Part shown: in pieces, positions 31,299 through 38,904 of the stretch | Layout: the number at the start of each line of letters is the position of its first letter | Numbering within the stretch: the stretch's first letter is position 1 | Assembly: GCA_020052895.1 (NCBI GenBank) | Contig: JAGVOE010000048.1 | Coordinates: forward strand, 1 to 39,466 | Direction of reading: 5' to 3' | Source: Candidatus Woesebacteria bacterium | GTDB lineage: Bacteria > Patescibacteriota > Microgenomatia > UBA1400 > MFAQ01 | Length of the DNA: 39,466 bases | Program-made: the position numbers and the translations under genes | Notes under the pieces: model-generated | What the model was told of the DNA's origin: nothing | Database searches by the model: none | Seen by the model: the letters and a program-made list of their open reading frames with translations, nothing else

Positions 31299-32535
31299 AG
31301 TAGCGGTAGGATTGTCTGGAGGGGTAGATAGTGCGGTCTGCACTTTACTTTTGAAAAAGGCGGGGTATGACGTGACAGGGGTGCACCTTTACTGTTGGCC
31401 ACCTAAGAGTGAAATAGAAAAGGACAGACTGACTCGTGCAGAATGGTTTAAGAAAAATGGCTGTCGGGCGGACGAAGACAGAGCTAGTGCTTTGAAGATA
31501 GCTTTGGAGATAGGAATTCCTTTTAAGGAACTGGACTTTTCTGAAGAGTACAACAGTAAGGTAATTAAATATTTTTATGATGAATATGAAGCGGGGCGAA
31601 CTCCAAACCCGGATGTCTTATGTAATAGTGAGATAAAGTTCGGCCTTTTCCTTGATTGGGCTATGAAAAATGGTTTTGATTATATCGCGACGGGGCACTA
31701 CGCGAAACTTCTTTCCGTTTCGAGCCGCGCCAAAACCGTACTCGGACCTCCCGCAAAAGCGGGTTCCCGCCTCCGTTCGGTTTTAGCTAGCGCCTCTGTA
31801 GCGGACGAAGTTTCGTTAAATATTCCGAAGGATAAACACAAGGATCAGACGTATTTTTTGTGGAAATTGACGCAGAAAGAATTGGCTCATGTACTGTTTC
31901 CTTTGGGGGACTTATTAAAAAGTAAGGTGAGAGAAATTGCCAGGGAGGCAGGGCTATCGGTGGCAGACAAAAAAGATAGTCAGGGGATTTGCTTTGTCGG
32001 TAACGTGGAAGTCAGAGAGTTTTTGACCAGAAGACTAAAAGTGAAAACAGGTAAAGTAATGGATATTGAGGGAAATGAGATAGGGATGCACGACGGGGTT
32101 TGGTTTTATACCGTGGGGCAAAGAGGAGGGTGGATTCTGGATCCAAGAACTCAAGAACTCAAGAACTCAAGAACTCAAGACGGGGAGACACCGATATATT
32201 ACGTAATTTCTAAGGATGCCAAGACAAATACTTTGGTAGTGGGTGAAGCCAACGAGGCAGTCAAAGACCTCTTTGAGTTGAAAGAAACGAGCTGGATCAG
32301 TGACACAGTGCCACGGTTTTACGGTGACATGTTTGTGCGAATCCGGCATGGAGGCGAACTTCTAAGGGCAAGAACTCAAGGCCATGCCTGCCGGCAGGCA
32401 GGAATCAAGAACTCAAGAAATCAAGATGGGATACATGTAGTGCTAGATAAGGCAGTGAGGGGGATTGCCAGTGGTCAAAGTGCGGTTTTTTACGATGGAG
32501 AGGGTGAGTGCCTGGGCGGTGGAGTGATCCAATAA
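31291..32535 (+). CDS. mnmA: tRNA-specific 2-thiouridylase
   Basis: VAVGLSGGVDSAV (PP-loop), ATGHYA, KDQTYFL, DSQGICF and GQSAVFYDG. It carries three in-frame insertions. It overlaps the upstream ligase by 8 nt. Confidence 0.9.
   Translation: MARVAVGLSGGVDSAVCTLLLKKAGYDVTGVHLYCWPPKSEIEKDRLTRAEWFKKNGCRADEDRASALKIALEIGIPFKELDFSEEYNSKVIKYFYDEYEAGRTPNPDVLCNSEIKFGLFLDWAMKNGFDYIATGHYAKLLSVSSRAKTVLGPPAKAGSRLRSVLASASVADEVSLNIPKDKHKDQTYFLWKLTQKELAHVLFPLGDLLKSKVREIAREAGLSVADKKDSQGICFVGNVEVREFLTRRLKVKTGKVMDIEGNEIGMHDGVWFYTVGQRGGWILDPRTQELKNSRTQDGETPIYYVISKDAKTNTLVVGEANEAVKDLFELKETSWISDTVPRFYGDMFVRIRHGGELLRARTQGHACRQAGIKNSRNQDGIHVVLDKAVRGIASGQSAVFYDGEGECLGGGVIQ
31703..31815 (+). repeat. GC-rich 113-nt imperfect hairpin element embedded in frame in mnmA
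   Basis: The terminal inverted repeats CGAAACTTC (31703-31711) and GAAGTTTCG (31807-31815) are perfect. Internal pairings include AAAACCG/CGGTTTT and GCGC/GCGC, plus a CCCGC-AAAA-GCGGG hairpin. The element lies where MnmA homologues have a much shorter segment after ATGHYA. Confidence 0.7.
32145..32181 (+). repeat. tandem octamer array (4 perfect AAGAACTC units) inside mnmA
   Basis: AAGAACTC x4 followed by AAGAC, translated as RTQELKNSRTQD. Confidence 0.9.
32370..32427 (+). repeat. composite element with nested 21-nt insertion (16-nt palindrome core) inside mnmA (filled-site form)
   Basis: AAGAACTC AAGG [CCATGCCTGCCGGCAGGCAGG] AATC AAGAACTC AAGAAATC AAGAT, translated as RTQGHACRQAGIKNSRNQD. 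Confidence 0.9.
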
Positions 32536-32561
32536 AAAACTCCGCTTGTGGCGGAGTTTTT
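32534..32561. terminator. bidirectional intrinsic terminator between convergent genes
   Basis: AAAAAA-CTCCGC-TTGTG-GCGGAG-TTTTT. Confidence 0.8.
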
Positions 32562-32565
32562 GAGT

Positions 32566-33297
32566 TTAGCTTTCAACCTTCACGATCACACAATAGGGTG
32601 GTTTAAGACTCTTTGAGAGCGATGAGACGAAGTTGTCGTAGACCATACCGTTCCCATCGGTACCGCGGCTAACGACCAAGAAAAATTTTTCGTCATCACT
32701 TCTGAACTCTATCTGGGCGATCCGAAGGTCTCTTTCATTCTGAGTGAATATCTTTAGGCCAGTTGGCTTATAACTCTTGGTGATGGAGATGGTTTCTCTG
32801 TTCTGAGAAGCACCATAATCCAGCTTTTTGATGGAGGCGATGAGGTACTCCAAGGCACTGACTTGGTAGTGGTCTGAGCAGACCAAAGATAATCCATCAA
32901 ACCAGAAATCGTCTTTGCCACAAACCGGACAATTTAAGTTTTCTGGTTCTCCCTGAAGGGTGATCTCAAAAGATTCCAAAAAAGCAGGAAAATGCTGACG
33001 CAGAACCTGGATGGCCTTGACTGTTTGCTGAGAAAAGTCCTGTTCAAGGCTGATATATATATTTTGAAGATTACCGGACTGGGAGAAGTTACGACGACCA
33101 ATGTGTTTGCTAAGGGCTTCCTCATAAAGCGAATCAGCTTTTCCTCTGTAACCGCACAAACTGTGGGTGACGAGCCAGGACAGGGTACTTCTGTGCGGAT
33201 CCGGTGAAAGTTGGGCGGTGTATCTGCCGCAACTTGGGCAGTGGATGTCGTGGTAAACATCCGGACGACGGGTGGGTGAAGCTTTTTTAGCGACCAT
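32566..33297 (-). CDS. hypothetical protein with two CxxC zinc-ribbon-like motifs
   Basis: HCPSCGRY...HSLCG and NCPVCGKDD...CSDH. A strong AGGAGG lies 8 nt upstream of the ATG. Confidence 0.55.
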   Translation of the reverse strand: MVAKKASPTRRPDVYHDIHCPSCGRYTAQLSPDPHRSTLSWLVTHSLCGYRGKADSLYEEALSKHIGRRNFSQSGNLQNIYISLEQDFSQQTVKAIQVLRQHFPAFLESFEITLQGEPENLNCPVCGKDDFWFDGLSLVCSDHYQVSALEYLIASIKKLDYGASQNRETISITKSYKPTGLKIFTQNERDLRIAQIEFRSDDEKFFLVVSRGTDGNGMVYDNFVSSLSKSLKPPYCVIVKVES

Positions 33298-33387
33298 GGG
33301 TTGTGCCTCCTGAATTGAAATGTACTGGGGGCATTATACCTTATAGTGTTAATTTGTCAAGTTTTTGAGAGTATTTTAGGCTGGGAG

Positions 33388-33416
33388 TTGTATTATGGGA
33401 CTTATTGGGGTATAAT
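33388..33416 (+). promoter_or_regulatory. candidate promoter TTGTAT, 17 nt, TATAAT
   Basis: The hexamers were read directly. AAGGAG follows, 5 nt before ATG 33455. Confidence 0.5.
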
Positions 33417-33454
33417 ACCCATACCTAAAAAATCTTGCACGTTAAGGAGTCAGT

Positions 33455-33784
33455 ATGAATGAAGGTAGGGTGTTGTTTGTGCCCGTAAACCGGTTTGGGA
33501 ACTACAACTGCTCGGTAGAGATTCAGAAAACAAAAGAGGGCTGTCGAGTGTTTTTGCGTCCCAGCCCAGGAAGAACCTATACCGATGAAGACGACCTATT
33601 GTGGCTAATGGACACCAAGTGGGGTAAACAGGACAAACCACTACCGGTTTGGGTCGGTAAAGTTAAAATTACCAAGATGATTGTTCCAGACTACGAACTG
33701 ATGTTGTCTTGGAGCGATAAACCACTTTCGTTTGAGGAAGCGGTGGAATTTATGAGGGGATTTTCGACTTTTAAAAGAGGATGA
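33455..33784 (+). CDS. hypothetical protein
   Basis: A 109-aa ORF with a Shine-Dalgarno sequence and a downstream terminator. No recognisable motif. Confidence 0.5.
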   Translation: MNEGRVLFVPVNRFGNYNCSVEIQKTKEGCRVFLRPSPGRTYTDEDDLLWLMDTKWGKQDKPLPVWVGKVKITKMIVPDYELMLSWSDKPLSFEEAVEFMRGFSTFKRG

Positions 33785-33790
33785 AATTGT

Positions 33791-33817
33791 AACCCAGGTG
33801 AAAATCCTGGGTTTTTT
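33791..33817 (+). terminator. intrinsic terminator
   Basis: AACCCAGG-TGAAAAT-CCTGGGTT followed by TTTT. Confidence 0.8.
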
Positions 33818-33892
33818 GTGATAAAATGGAGATACCGATTGGGTTTTCGGTCAGTTCTTTTTTTGCTTCTTTACCGGTCATTGAAAGATGAT

Positions 33893-33911
33893 CTGCCTAC
33901 CGGCAGGCGGG
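33893..33911. repeat. GC-rich palindromic element CTGCCTACCGGCAGGC(GGG)
   Basis: The same 16-mer as at 9334-9349. It lies immediately upstream of the -35 of the 16S promoter. Confidence 0.8.
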
Positions 33912-33913
33912 CC

Positions 33914-33942
33914 TTGCATAGGTGGAATGAGGCTGTTAAAAT
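33914..33942 (+). promoter_or_regulatory. rRNA promoter: TTGCAT, 17 nt (ending TGT), TAAAAT
   Basis: Near-consensus -35, extended -10 and -10 elements about 170 nt upstream of the 16S 5' end. Confidence 0.65.
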
Positions 33943-33997
33943 ACCCAAGCACTTCGGCTAAAGCTCAGTGCAGGTCCTTCGGAGATACTCAGGACTA

Positions 33998-34009
33998 GCT
34001 CGTTAACAA
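33998..34009 (+). promoter_or_regulatory. boxA-like rRNA antitermination element
   Basis: GCTCGTTAACAA matches the consensus GCTCTTTAACAA at 11 of 12 positions. It is preceded by small hairpins. Confidence 0.55.
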
Positions 34010-34060
34010 GTGAAGCAGCAAATAGAATAATTGAGCTGATTTCAATTATTTTATATTTTT

Positions 34061-34085
34061 TTATCGTTTGAAGAGTGGTAAGAGT
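34061..34085 (+). other. 5' strand of the 16S processing stem
   Basis: TTATCGTTTGAAGAGTGGTAAGAGT pairs with 36397-36421, giving about 24 bp with one G-G mismatch and one G-U pair. Confidence 0.75.
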
Positions 34086-34336
34086 GACGTAAACTTTTCA
34101 ATTTTTTTTGAGAATTTGATCCTGGTTCAGGACGAACGCTGGCAGTGTACCTTAAGCATGCAAGTCGAACGGACCCACATCGCTCCGTAAGGAGCTATGC
34201 GGGTCAGTGGCAGACGGGTGAGGAAAGACAGGAATCTACCTTTTTGTGGGGAATAGCTAGCCGAAAGGCTAATTAATACCGCATAAGTCCGCAAGGAGAA
34301 AGGCCTTAACTGGCCGCAGAAAGATGAGCCTGTTCG

Positions 34337-34373
<37 letters not shown>

Positions 34374-34947
34374 TATGACGGCTAGGGGGCGTGAGAGCGT
34401 GGCCCCCCACAATGTTACTTAGACACGGAGCATACATCTACGGATGGCAGCAACTGGGAATTTTGCACAATGGACGAAAGTCTGATGCAGTGACACTGCG
34501 TGTGGGATGAAGGCCCTCGGGTCGTAAACCACTGTGATAGGGGAAAAAATTTTGATGGTACCCTATTAGAAAGCGCCTGCTAACTACGTGCCAGAAGCCT
34601 CGGTAATACGTAGGGCGCAAGCGTTGTCCGGATTTATTGGGCGTAAAGAGTATCGTAGGCGGTCTTTTAAGTATCGGGTTAAAGCCTGGGGCTCAACTCC
34701 AGAGATGCTCGGTAAACTACTAGACTAGTGGGTGTTCGGGGTTGCTAGAATTCTTGGTGGAGGAGTGAAATCCATTGATATCAAGAAGAATACCAAAAGC
34801 GAAGGCAGGCAACTAGAACATTCCAGACGCTGATGAACGAAAGCTAGGGGAGCGAAAAGGATTAGAGACCCTTGTAGTCCTAGCCGTAAACAATGAACAC
34901 TAGCTATTTCCCGCAAGGGGAGTGGCGTAAGCTAACGCGTTAAGTGT

Positions 34948-34998
<51 letters not shown>

Positions 34999-35557
34999 AA
35001 ACGCACAATCAGCGTGCCATGTGGTTTAATTGGATACGAAACCTTGAACCTTACCAAGATTTGACATGTAACTGCTAAGTCGCCGAAAGGCGACCTTCTT
35101 CGAGAGTGTTACACAGCTGCTGCATGGTTGTCGTCAGTTCGTGTCGTGAGGCGTCGGCTTAAGTGCCGTAACGAACGCAACCCCTGTGCTATGTTAAATA
35201 TCCATAGCAGACTGCCTCGGTTTTTTCCGCGGAGGAAGGAGGGGATGACGTCAAATCAGCATGGCGCTTATATCTTGGGCTACACACATGGCGTAATGGG
35301 CAATACAACGGGATGCCAAGGCGCGAGCCGGAGCTAATCCTTATAAAGTTGTCCTCAGTTCGGATTGCAGGCTGAAATTCGCCTGCATGAAGGGGAGTTG
35401 ATAGTAATCGCGGATCAGCATCACCGCGGTGAATACGTTCTCGTTTCTTGTACACACTGCCCGTCAAGTCAACAAAGTTAGTAGTGCCCGAAGTAGGTAC
35501 CCACAACCGCAAGGATTGGGCCTCCTAAGGTAAGACTAGCGATGGGGGCTAAGTCGT

Positions 35558-36272
35558 GAATTTGTTGCGACCGCAGAGAGTAATTTCTGTGAAAAATCTC
35601 GCTGTATCGGTGAACCCTAATTATTCGGCATACCTTCGGGTATAATGAATATATGGCAATACCGAGGGAACCTATTAAAGAGTCATCTTTAAATGGACTC
35701 CGTAGAGACTACACGCGAGCGCCACAAATATCGAAAGCTTATATTATCGGTATTCTTCATGACGCCACCGAAAGAAAAACTACTTTTAGAGTTTCACAAA
35801 AGTCTAAAGAGTTTGTCGAAATGGTGGCTAATGGAATTAGAAGTTTGGGTGGAAACGCTTGGACTTATAAAGAAGGAAGTACTCGAAGTGTATATATTGT
35901 CGAATTTTCTAAATCTTTTCTTAAAGGATTTGAAATTCAATCTGAAAAAGATAAACAAGATTACACCAGAGGATACTTTGATACCGATGGGGGAGTCGCA
36001 AAGAGCACAAAAGTTAGGTTTTATATCTATTTTTGTCAGAAGGACTATAAAGATTTGGATCAAGTGAGGAATTATCTGGAAGAAATGAAAATTTCTTGCG
36101 GGATAATCCACAATCCAAGTGTAAAAGTAGATCCTGAATACTGGAGATTTTTTGTAAAAGCAAGATCTTATGTAGATTTTGTACAGAAAATTGGCTCTTG
36201 GCACCCACAAAAAGCTAAATATTTGGGGATGAAGATATAGTCCACGCCCGTAGAAATACGTGGAATACCGCG
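35558..36272 (+). mobile_element. group I intron in 16S rRNA carrying a LAGLIDADG homing endonuclease gene
   Basis: The 5' exon ends in U (AAGUCGU) and the intron ends in G. The internal guide sequence UUGUU-GCGAC (35562-35571) pairs with the 5' exon GUCGU (P1, with a U-G wobble at the splice site) and with the 3' exon AACAA (P10). Confidence 0.8.
35653..36240 (+). CDS. LAGLIDADG-family homing endonuclease (two-motif, single-chain type)
   Basis: AYIIGILHDATE and YTRGYFDTDGGV are the two LAGLIDADG-type motifs. The ORF lies wholly inside the intron. Confidence 0.85.
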   Translation: MAIPREPIKESSLNGLRRDYTRAPQISKAYIIGILHDATERKTTFRVSQKSKEFVEMVANGIRSLGGNAWTYKEGSTRSVYIVEFSKSFLKGFEIQSEKDKQDYTRGYFDTDGGVAKSTKVRFYIYFCQKDYKDLDQVRNYLEEMKISCGIIHNPSVKVDPEYWRFFVKARSYVDFVQKIGSWHPQKAKYLGMKI

Positions 36273-36396
36273 AACAAGGTATCCGTACTGGAAGGTGCGG
36301 ATGGATCACCTCCTTTCTAGGAGTTAAGGACTTCACGAGTCCGATGATAATATCGCCACACTATTGGTGAATGAGTGTCTAAATACAATTCACCTG

Positions 36397-36421
36397 ACTC
36401 TTGCCACTCTTGAAACGATAA
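36397..36421 (+). other. 3' strand of the 16S processing stem
   Basis: ACTCTTGCCACTCTTGAAACGATAA is complementary to 34061-34085. Confidence 0.75.
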
Positions 36422-36436
36422 GAAGCTGCTTTGCTT

Positions 36437-36462
36437 AAAAACCCTTCGAAAGGTGGGTTTTT
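36437..36462 (+). terminator. terminator-like hairpin after the 16S gene
   Basis: AAAAACCCTTCGAAAGGTGGGTTTTT. It is an imperfect stem followed by a T-run. Confidence 0.45.
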
Positions 36463-36516
36463 GTGGCCTGTGGTAGTATAATATAAGATAAGAACATTCA
36501 AAATTGAGGAGGAAGA

Positions 36517-36777
36517 ATGGAAGAAAGATATCCTGATTGGTCGATTACTGATTATTTCAAAAGGGTAATGAGCTTTGTTGGGTACGGTGTGTCTCAGCCT
36601 GGAGATTTTTGGATGAAGCTGGGAGCTTTATTTTTTTCGGTGCTTCTGTCGGCCGGATTCATTCCTTTTTCGATCCTTTGGTTCATTGTCAAGAACAAGG
36701 GTCGAGTAGGGGGCTTGACCTGGGCATTGCTGATTGCGACTCCTATAATTGGATTTATTTGGTTGGCTTTGTCTTGA
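36517..36777 (+). CDS. small membrane protein (two predicted TM helices)
   Basis: An 86-aa ORF. GAGGAGG lies 5 nt upstream, and there are two hydrophobic stretches. Confidence 0.5.
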   Translation: MEERYPDWSITDYFKRVMSFVGYGVSQPGDFWMKLGALFFSVLLSAGFIPFSILWFIVKNKGRVGGLTWALLIATPIIGFIWLALS

Positions 36778-36817
36778 GAGGTTCTCTGTTGAACAGTAGT
36801 TTTTGTGGCTGAAATAG

Positions 36818-36845
36818 TTGCAAAAGACCTATATTATGGTATAAT
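36818..36845 (+). promoter_or_regulatory. promoter TTGCAA, 16 nt (ending TGG), TATAAT
   Basis: Near-consensus elements. GGAGG follows, 5 nt before ATG 36891. Confidence 0.6.
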
Positions 36846-36890
36846 CTGGTCTAGAAGTTAACCTTAATATATTTTCTCCTGGAGGTAAAA

Positions 36891-37238
36891 ATGAGTATTG
36901 TGAGAGCCCTTTTTGGTTTATCGCCCAAAAAATCAGTAAGGAAGGGCCTGTCGGGATTCCAACAGGCTGGGCCGATATTTGATGAGCAAACCAGTGCCAC
37001 ACCCTTCGAGTATCTGAAGCTGAAGATGGTTGACCATTTTTCTTGGTCACCGAAGGCTGCGGAGGTTTGGCTCCGCAAAAAAATCTCGAGTGGGGACTTA
37101 GAGAGAGTCAACTTAACAAGAAAGGGGATTGTCCTAACCAGCCCAGATGGCAGCGTTGAATATAAATTCAAGAGGTTGGCCGAGGGAAGCTGGGAAGTGA
37201 TCAGAATTAAGCCCGACACTCCCATGCCCGAGGCATGA
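36891..37238 (+). CDS. hypothetical protein
   Basis: A 115-aa ORF with a promoter, a Shine-Dalgarno sequence and a terminator. No recognisable motif. Confidence 0.5.
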   Translation: MSIVRALFGLSPKKSVRKGLSGFQQAGPIFDEQTSATPFEYLKLKMVDHFSWSPKAAEVWLRKKISSGDLERVNLTRKGIVLTSPDGSVEYKFKRLAEGSWEVIRIKPDTPMPEA

Positions 37239-37247
37239 GTTATAACT

Positions 37248-37274
37248 GCTCTGGTTAAATGCCAGGGCTTTTTT
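37248..37274 (+). terminator. intrinsic terminator
   Basis: GCTCTGG-TTAAATG-CCAGGGC followed by TTTTTT. Confidence 0.75.
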
Positions 37275-37296
37275 GTGCTTACTTACAGCCTCTTTG

Positions 37297-37305
37297 TGCT
37301 AAAAT
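37297..37305 (+). promoter_or_regulatory. extended -10 element TGCTAAAAT upstream of tRNA-Ile
   Basis: Read directly. It lies about 65 nt upstream of the tRNA. Confidence 0.4.
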
Positions 37306-37328
37306 ATACGGGTAGTTTCTGGCGCTTA

Positions 37329-37345
37329 CCCCGCCATGGCGGGGG
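37329..37345. repeat. GC-rich palindrome CCCCGCCATGGCGGGG(G), intergenic copy in the tRNA leader
   Basis: Identical to the 17-mer at 21819-21835. Confidence 0.85.
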
Positions 37346-37370
37346 CGGTCCTGATAAATTACATTTACTT

Positions 37371-37444
37371 GGGCGTTTAGCTCAGTTGGTTAGAGCGCAG
37401 TCCTGATAAGACTGAGGTCTCTGGTTCGATTCCAGAAACGCCCA
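37371..37444 (+). tRNA. tRNA-Ile (anticodon GAU), no encoded CCA
   Basis: A cloverleaf was read by hand: acceptor GGGCGTT/AACGCCC, D arm GCTC/GAGC, anticodon stem CAGTC/GACTG with loop CTGATAA, and T arm TCTGG-TTCGATT-CCAGA. Confidence 0.9.
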
Positions 37445-37509
37445 CAAAACAATTAATGAGGCTAAGGTGGCGGTTGTAAAAGGCCTTGGGTGGATCTAGA
37501 ATTGGGGCC

Positions 37510-38031
37510 ATGAGTAACAAGAAAGAACAGATATTCCTGGTGCCAGTAAAGCCCTCTAGGCAGGAAAACGGCTATGAGTGTGGCTTGTCTTGTGTAATGA
37601 CAATCTTGAATAGTCTGGGTATCAGGCAGAGAAAAGAGGCCTTGAAAAAGAGGCTAGGCACGAGTAGCAAGTCAGGCACCCACCCAGAGCGTATAAAAGG
37701 CTTCCTAAGGGAAACGGGCCTAAAGTATCGGGAAACCCACGGAGGGGCACTAAGCGACCTGGAGAGTAGGCTTAAAAGGCAGAAGCTTTGTCTGGTGGTC
37801 TACCAGGCTTGGGGAAGCCAAAAGTACTACGACCGACTGGAAAGCGGCCATTACTCGGTGGTTTTTGGCTTTGAAAACGAGTATTTGTGGCTGGCGGACC
37901 CTTTTGTAAAGGGTGGCAAGACCAGGTATGGGAAGGGAGTAAGAAAGATCAGGAAGACGGTTTTTGAGAGCCGGTGGAAAGACATGGACCACAAAGGGGT
38001 GACCTATGATCACTGGATGCTGGCAGTATAG
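37510..38031 (+). CDS. papain-like cysteine peptidase, C39-like domain (copy 2; alternative TTG start 37486)
   Basis: QENGYECGLSCVMTILN (Gln/Cys) and SGHYSVVFGFENEYLWLADP (His/Asp). Confidence 0.6.
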   Translation: MSNKKEQIFLVPVKPSRQENGYECGLSCVMTILNSLGIRQRKEALKKRLGTSSKSGTHPERIKGFLRETGLKYRETHGGALSDLESRLKRQKLCLVVYQAWGSQKYYDRLESGHYSVVFGFENEYLWLADPFVKGGKTRYGKGVRKIRKTVFESRWKDMDHKGVTYDHWMLAV

Positions 38032-38096
38032 ATAGTTATCTGTTCATGGTTCTTAGGTTTTAGATATGCTATGTTAAATATTTGTATGATTATGCT

Positions 38097-38900
38097 ATGA
38101 AGATAATTTTTGATCCGAAACTACGGAAGTTAGCTGAGAAGCTGGGGAAGGCGCTTGGAATAAGAACTCAAGAACTCAAGGAATCAAGAACTCAAGATAA
38201 TGAGGAGACAGTGTTTGTGGGAAGAGGGGTGGCAAATAAGGCGTTGAAGAATATGAATAAATATCCTAAGTGCTGGGAGGTGGGAAGGGTGATTGATAAT
38301 ATTGACTATTTGCGCAAAGTAATATTAGATGAGAAGACCTTGGAAAAAACTGAATCCAAATGTGAGTGTCGGAAAAGTCCCGAGCACATTGTGACTCAAA
38401 AGTTTGATTATGATTGTGGGGGTGCCTCATTTTGTACATGGATGATCATGATAAATCGAGAAGATGTCCTGAAGACCGACATTTACCGAAGGCTCGATGT
38501 GAACCCGGTAGACGGCACCAAGTCGGAAAGGATAAAAGAAGTGCTGGAGGAAGAAAAGATTCCTTATTTGGAAATTTTTGAGGCAGACCTGACCGATGTG
38601 GAAAACGTTTTAAACAATGATGGCGTAGTCCTAGTTAGTTATCAGTCTGAAGGAACGGAGGAGGAAATAGAAAAATTGGAGTGCGGACACTACTCGATTA
38701 TTTTTGACATGAACGAGGCGAGTGTGAGACTCATTGATCCATCTCACGACGAAGAATATATCCCAGGGGCCGGTATAGGAGTTTTTAGTATGGCCAGAGC
38801 GGAGTTTGAAAAACGCTGGATTGACAAAGGGGTTGATGGAGAGATCTACAAAAAGTGGATGATGGGAGTACGAAGAGTCCAGGCGAATAAGGTAGAATAG
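38097..38900 (+). CDS. papain-like cysteine peptidase, C39-like domain (copy 3) with an N-terminal extension containing an octamer array (alternative TTG start 38082)
   Basis: QKFDYDCGGASFCTWMIM and CGHYSIIFDMNEASVRLIDP. It is a paralogue of the preceding gene. Confidence 0.6.
   Translation: MKIIFDPKLRKLAEKLGKALGIRTQELKESRTQDNEETVFVGRGVANKALKNMNKYPKCWEVGRVIDNIDYLRKVILDEKTLEKTESKCECRKSPEHIVTQKFDYDCGGASFCTWMIMINREDVLKTDIYRRLDVNPVDGTKSERIKEVLEEEKIPYLEIFEADLTDVENVLNNDGVVLVSYQSEGTEEEIEKLECGHYSIIFDMNEASVRLIDPSHDEEYIPGAGIGVFSMARAEFEKRWIDKGVDGEIYKKWMMGVRRVQANKVE
38162..38198 (+). repeat. tandem octamer array (empty-site form) in the peptidase N-terminal region
   Basis: AAGAACTC AAGAACTC AAGGAATC AAGAACTC AAGAT, translated as RTQELKESRTQD. 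Confidence 0.9.
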
Positions 38901-38904
38901 ACGG

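Noticed and set aside
33818-33892. Possible small RNA (TGATAAAAT -10-like element, ACCGA...TCGGT hairpin, T-run) upstream of the rRNA promoter
   Set aside because: The hairpin is only 5 bp, and the elements are weak and unsupported by any second line of evidence.
35693-36336. ORFs overlapping the LAGLIDADG gene (35693-36067 plus strand; 35794-36336 and 36014-36208 minus strand)
   Set aside because: Only the 35653-36240 frame contains the two LAGLIDADG motifs. The others are AT-rich shadow frames.
37223-37237. CATGCC-CGA-GGCATG hairpin at the end of ORF 36891-37238 as a further member of the palindrome family
   Set aside because: It shares only CATGCC with the 16-mer palindrome. It is too short to distinguish from chance.
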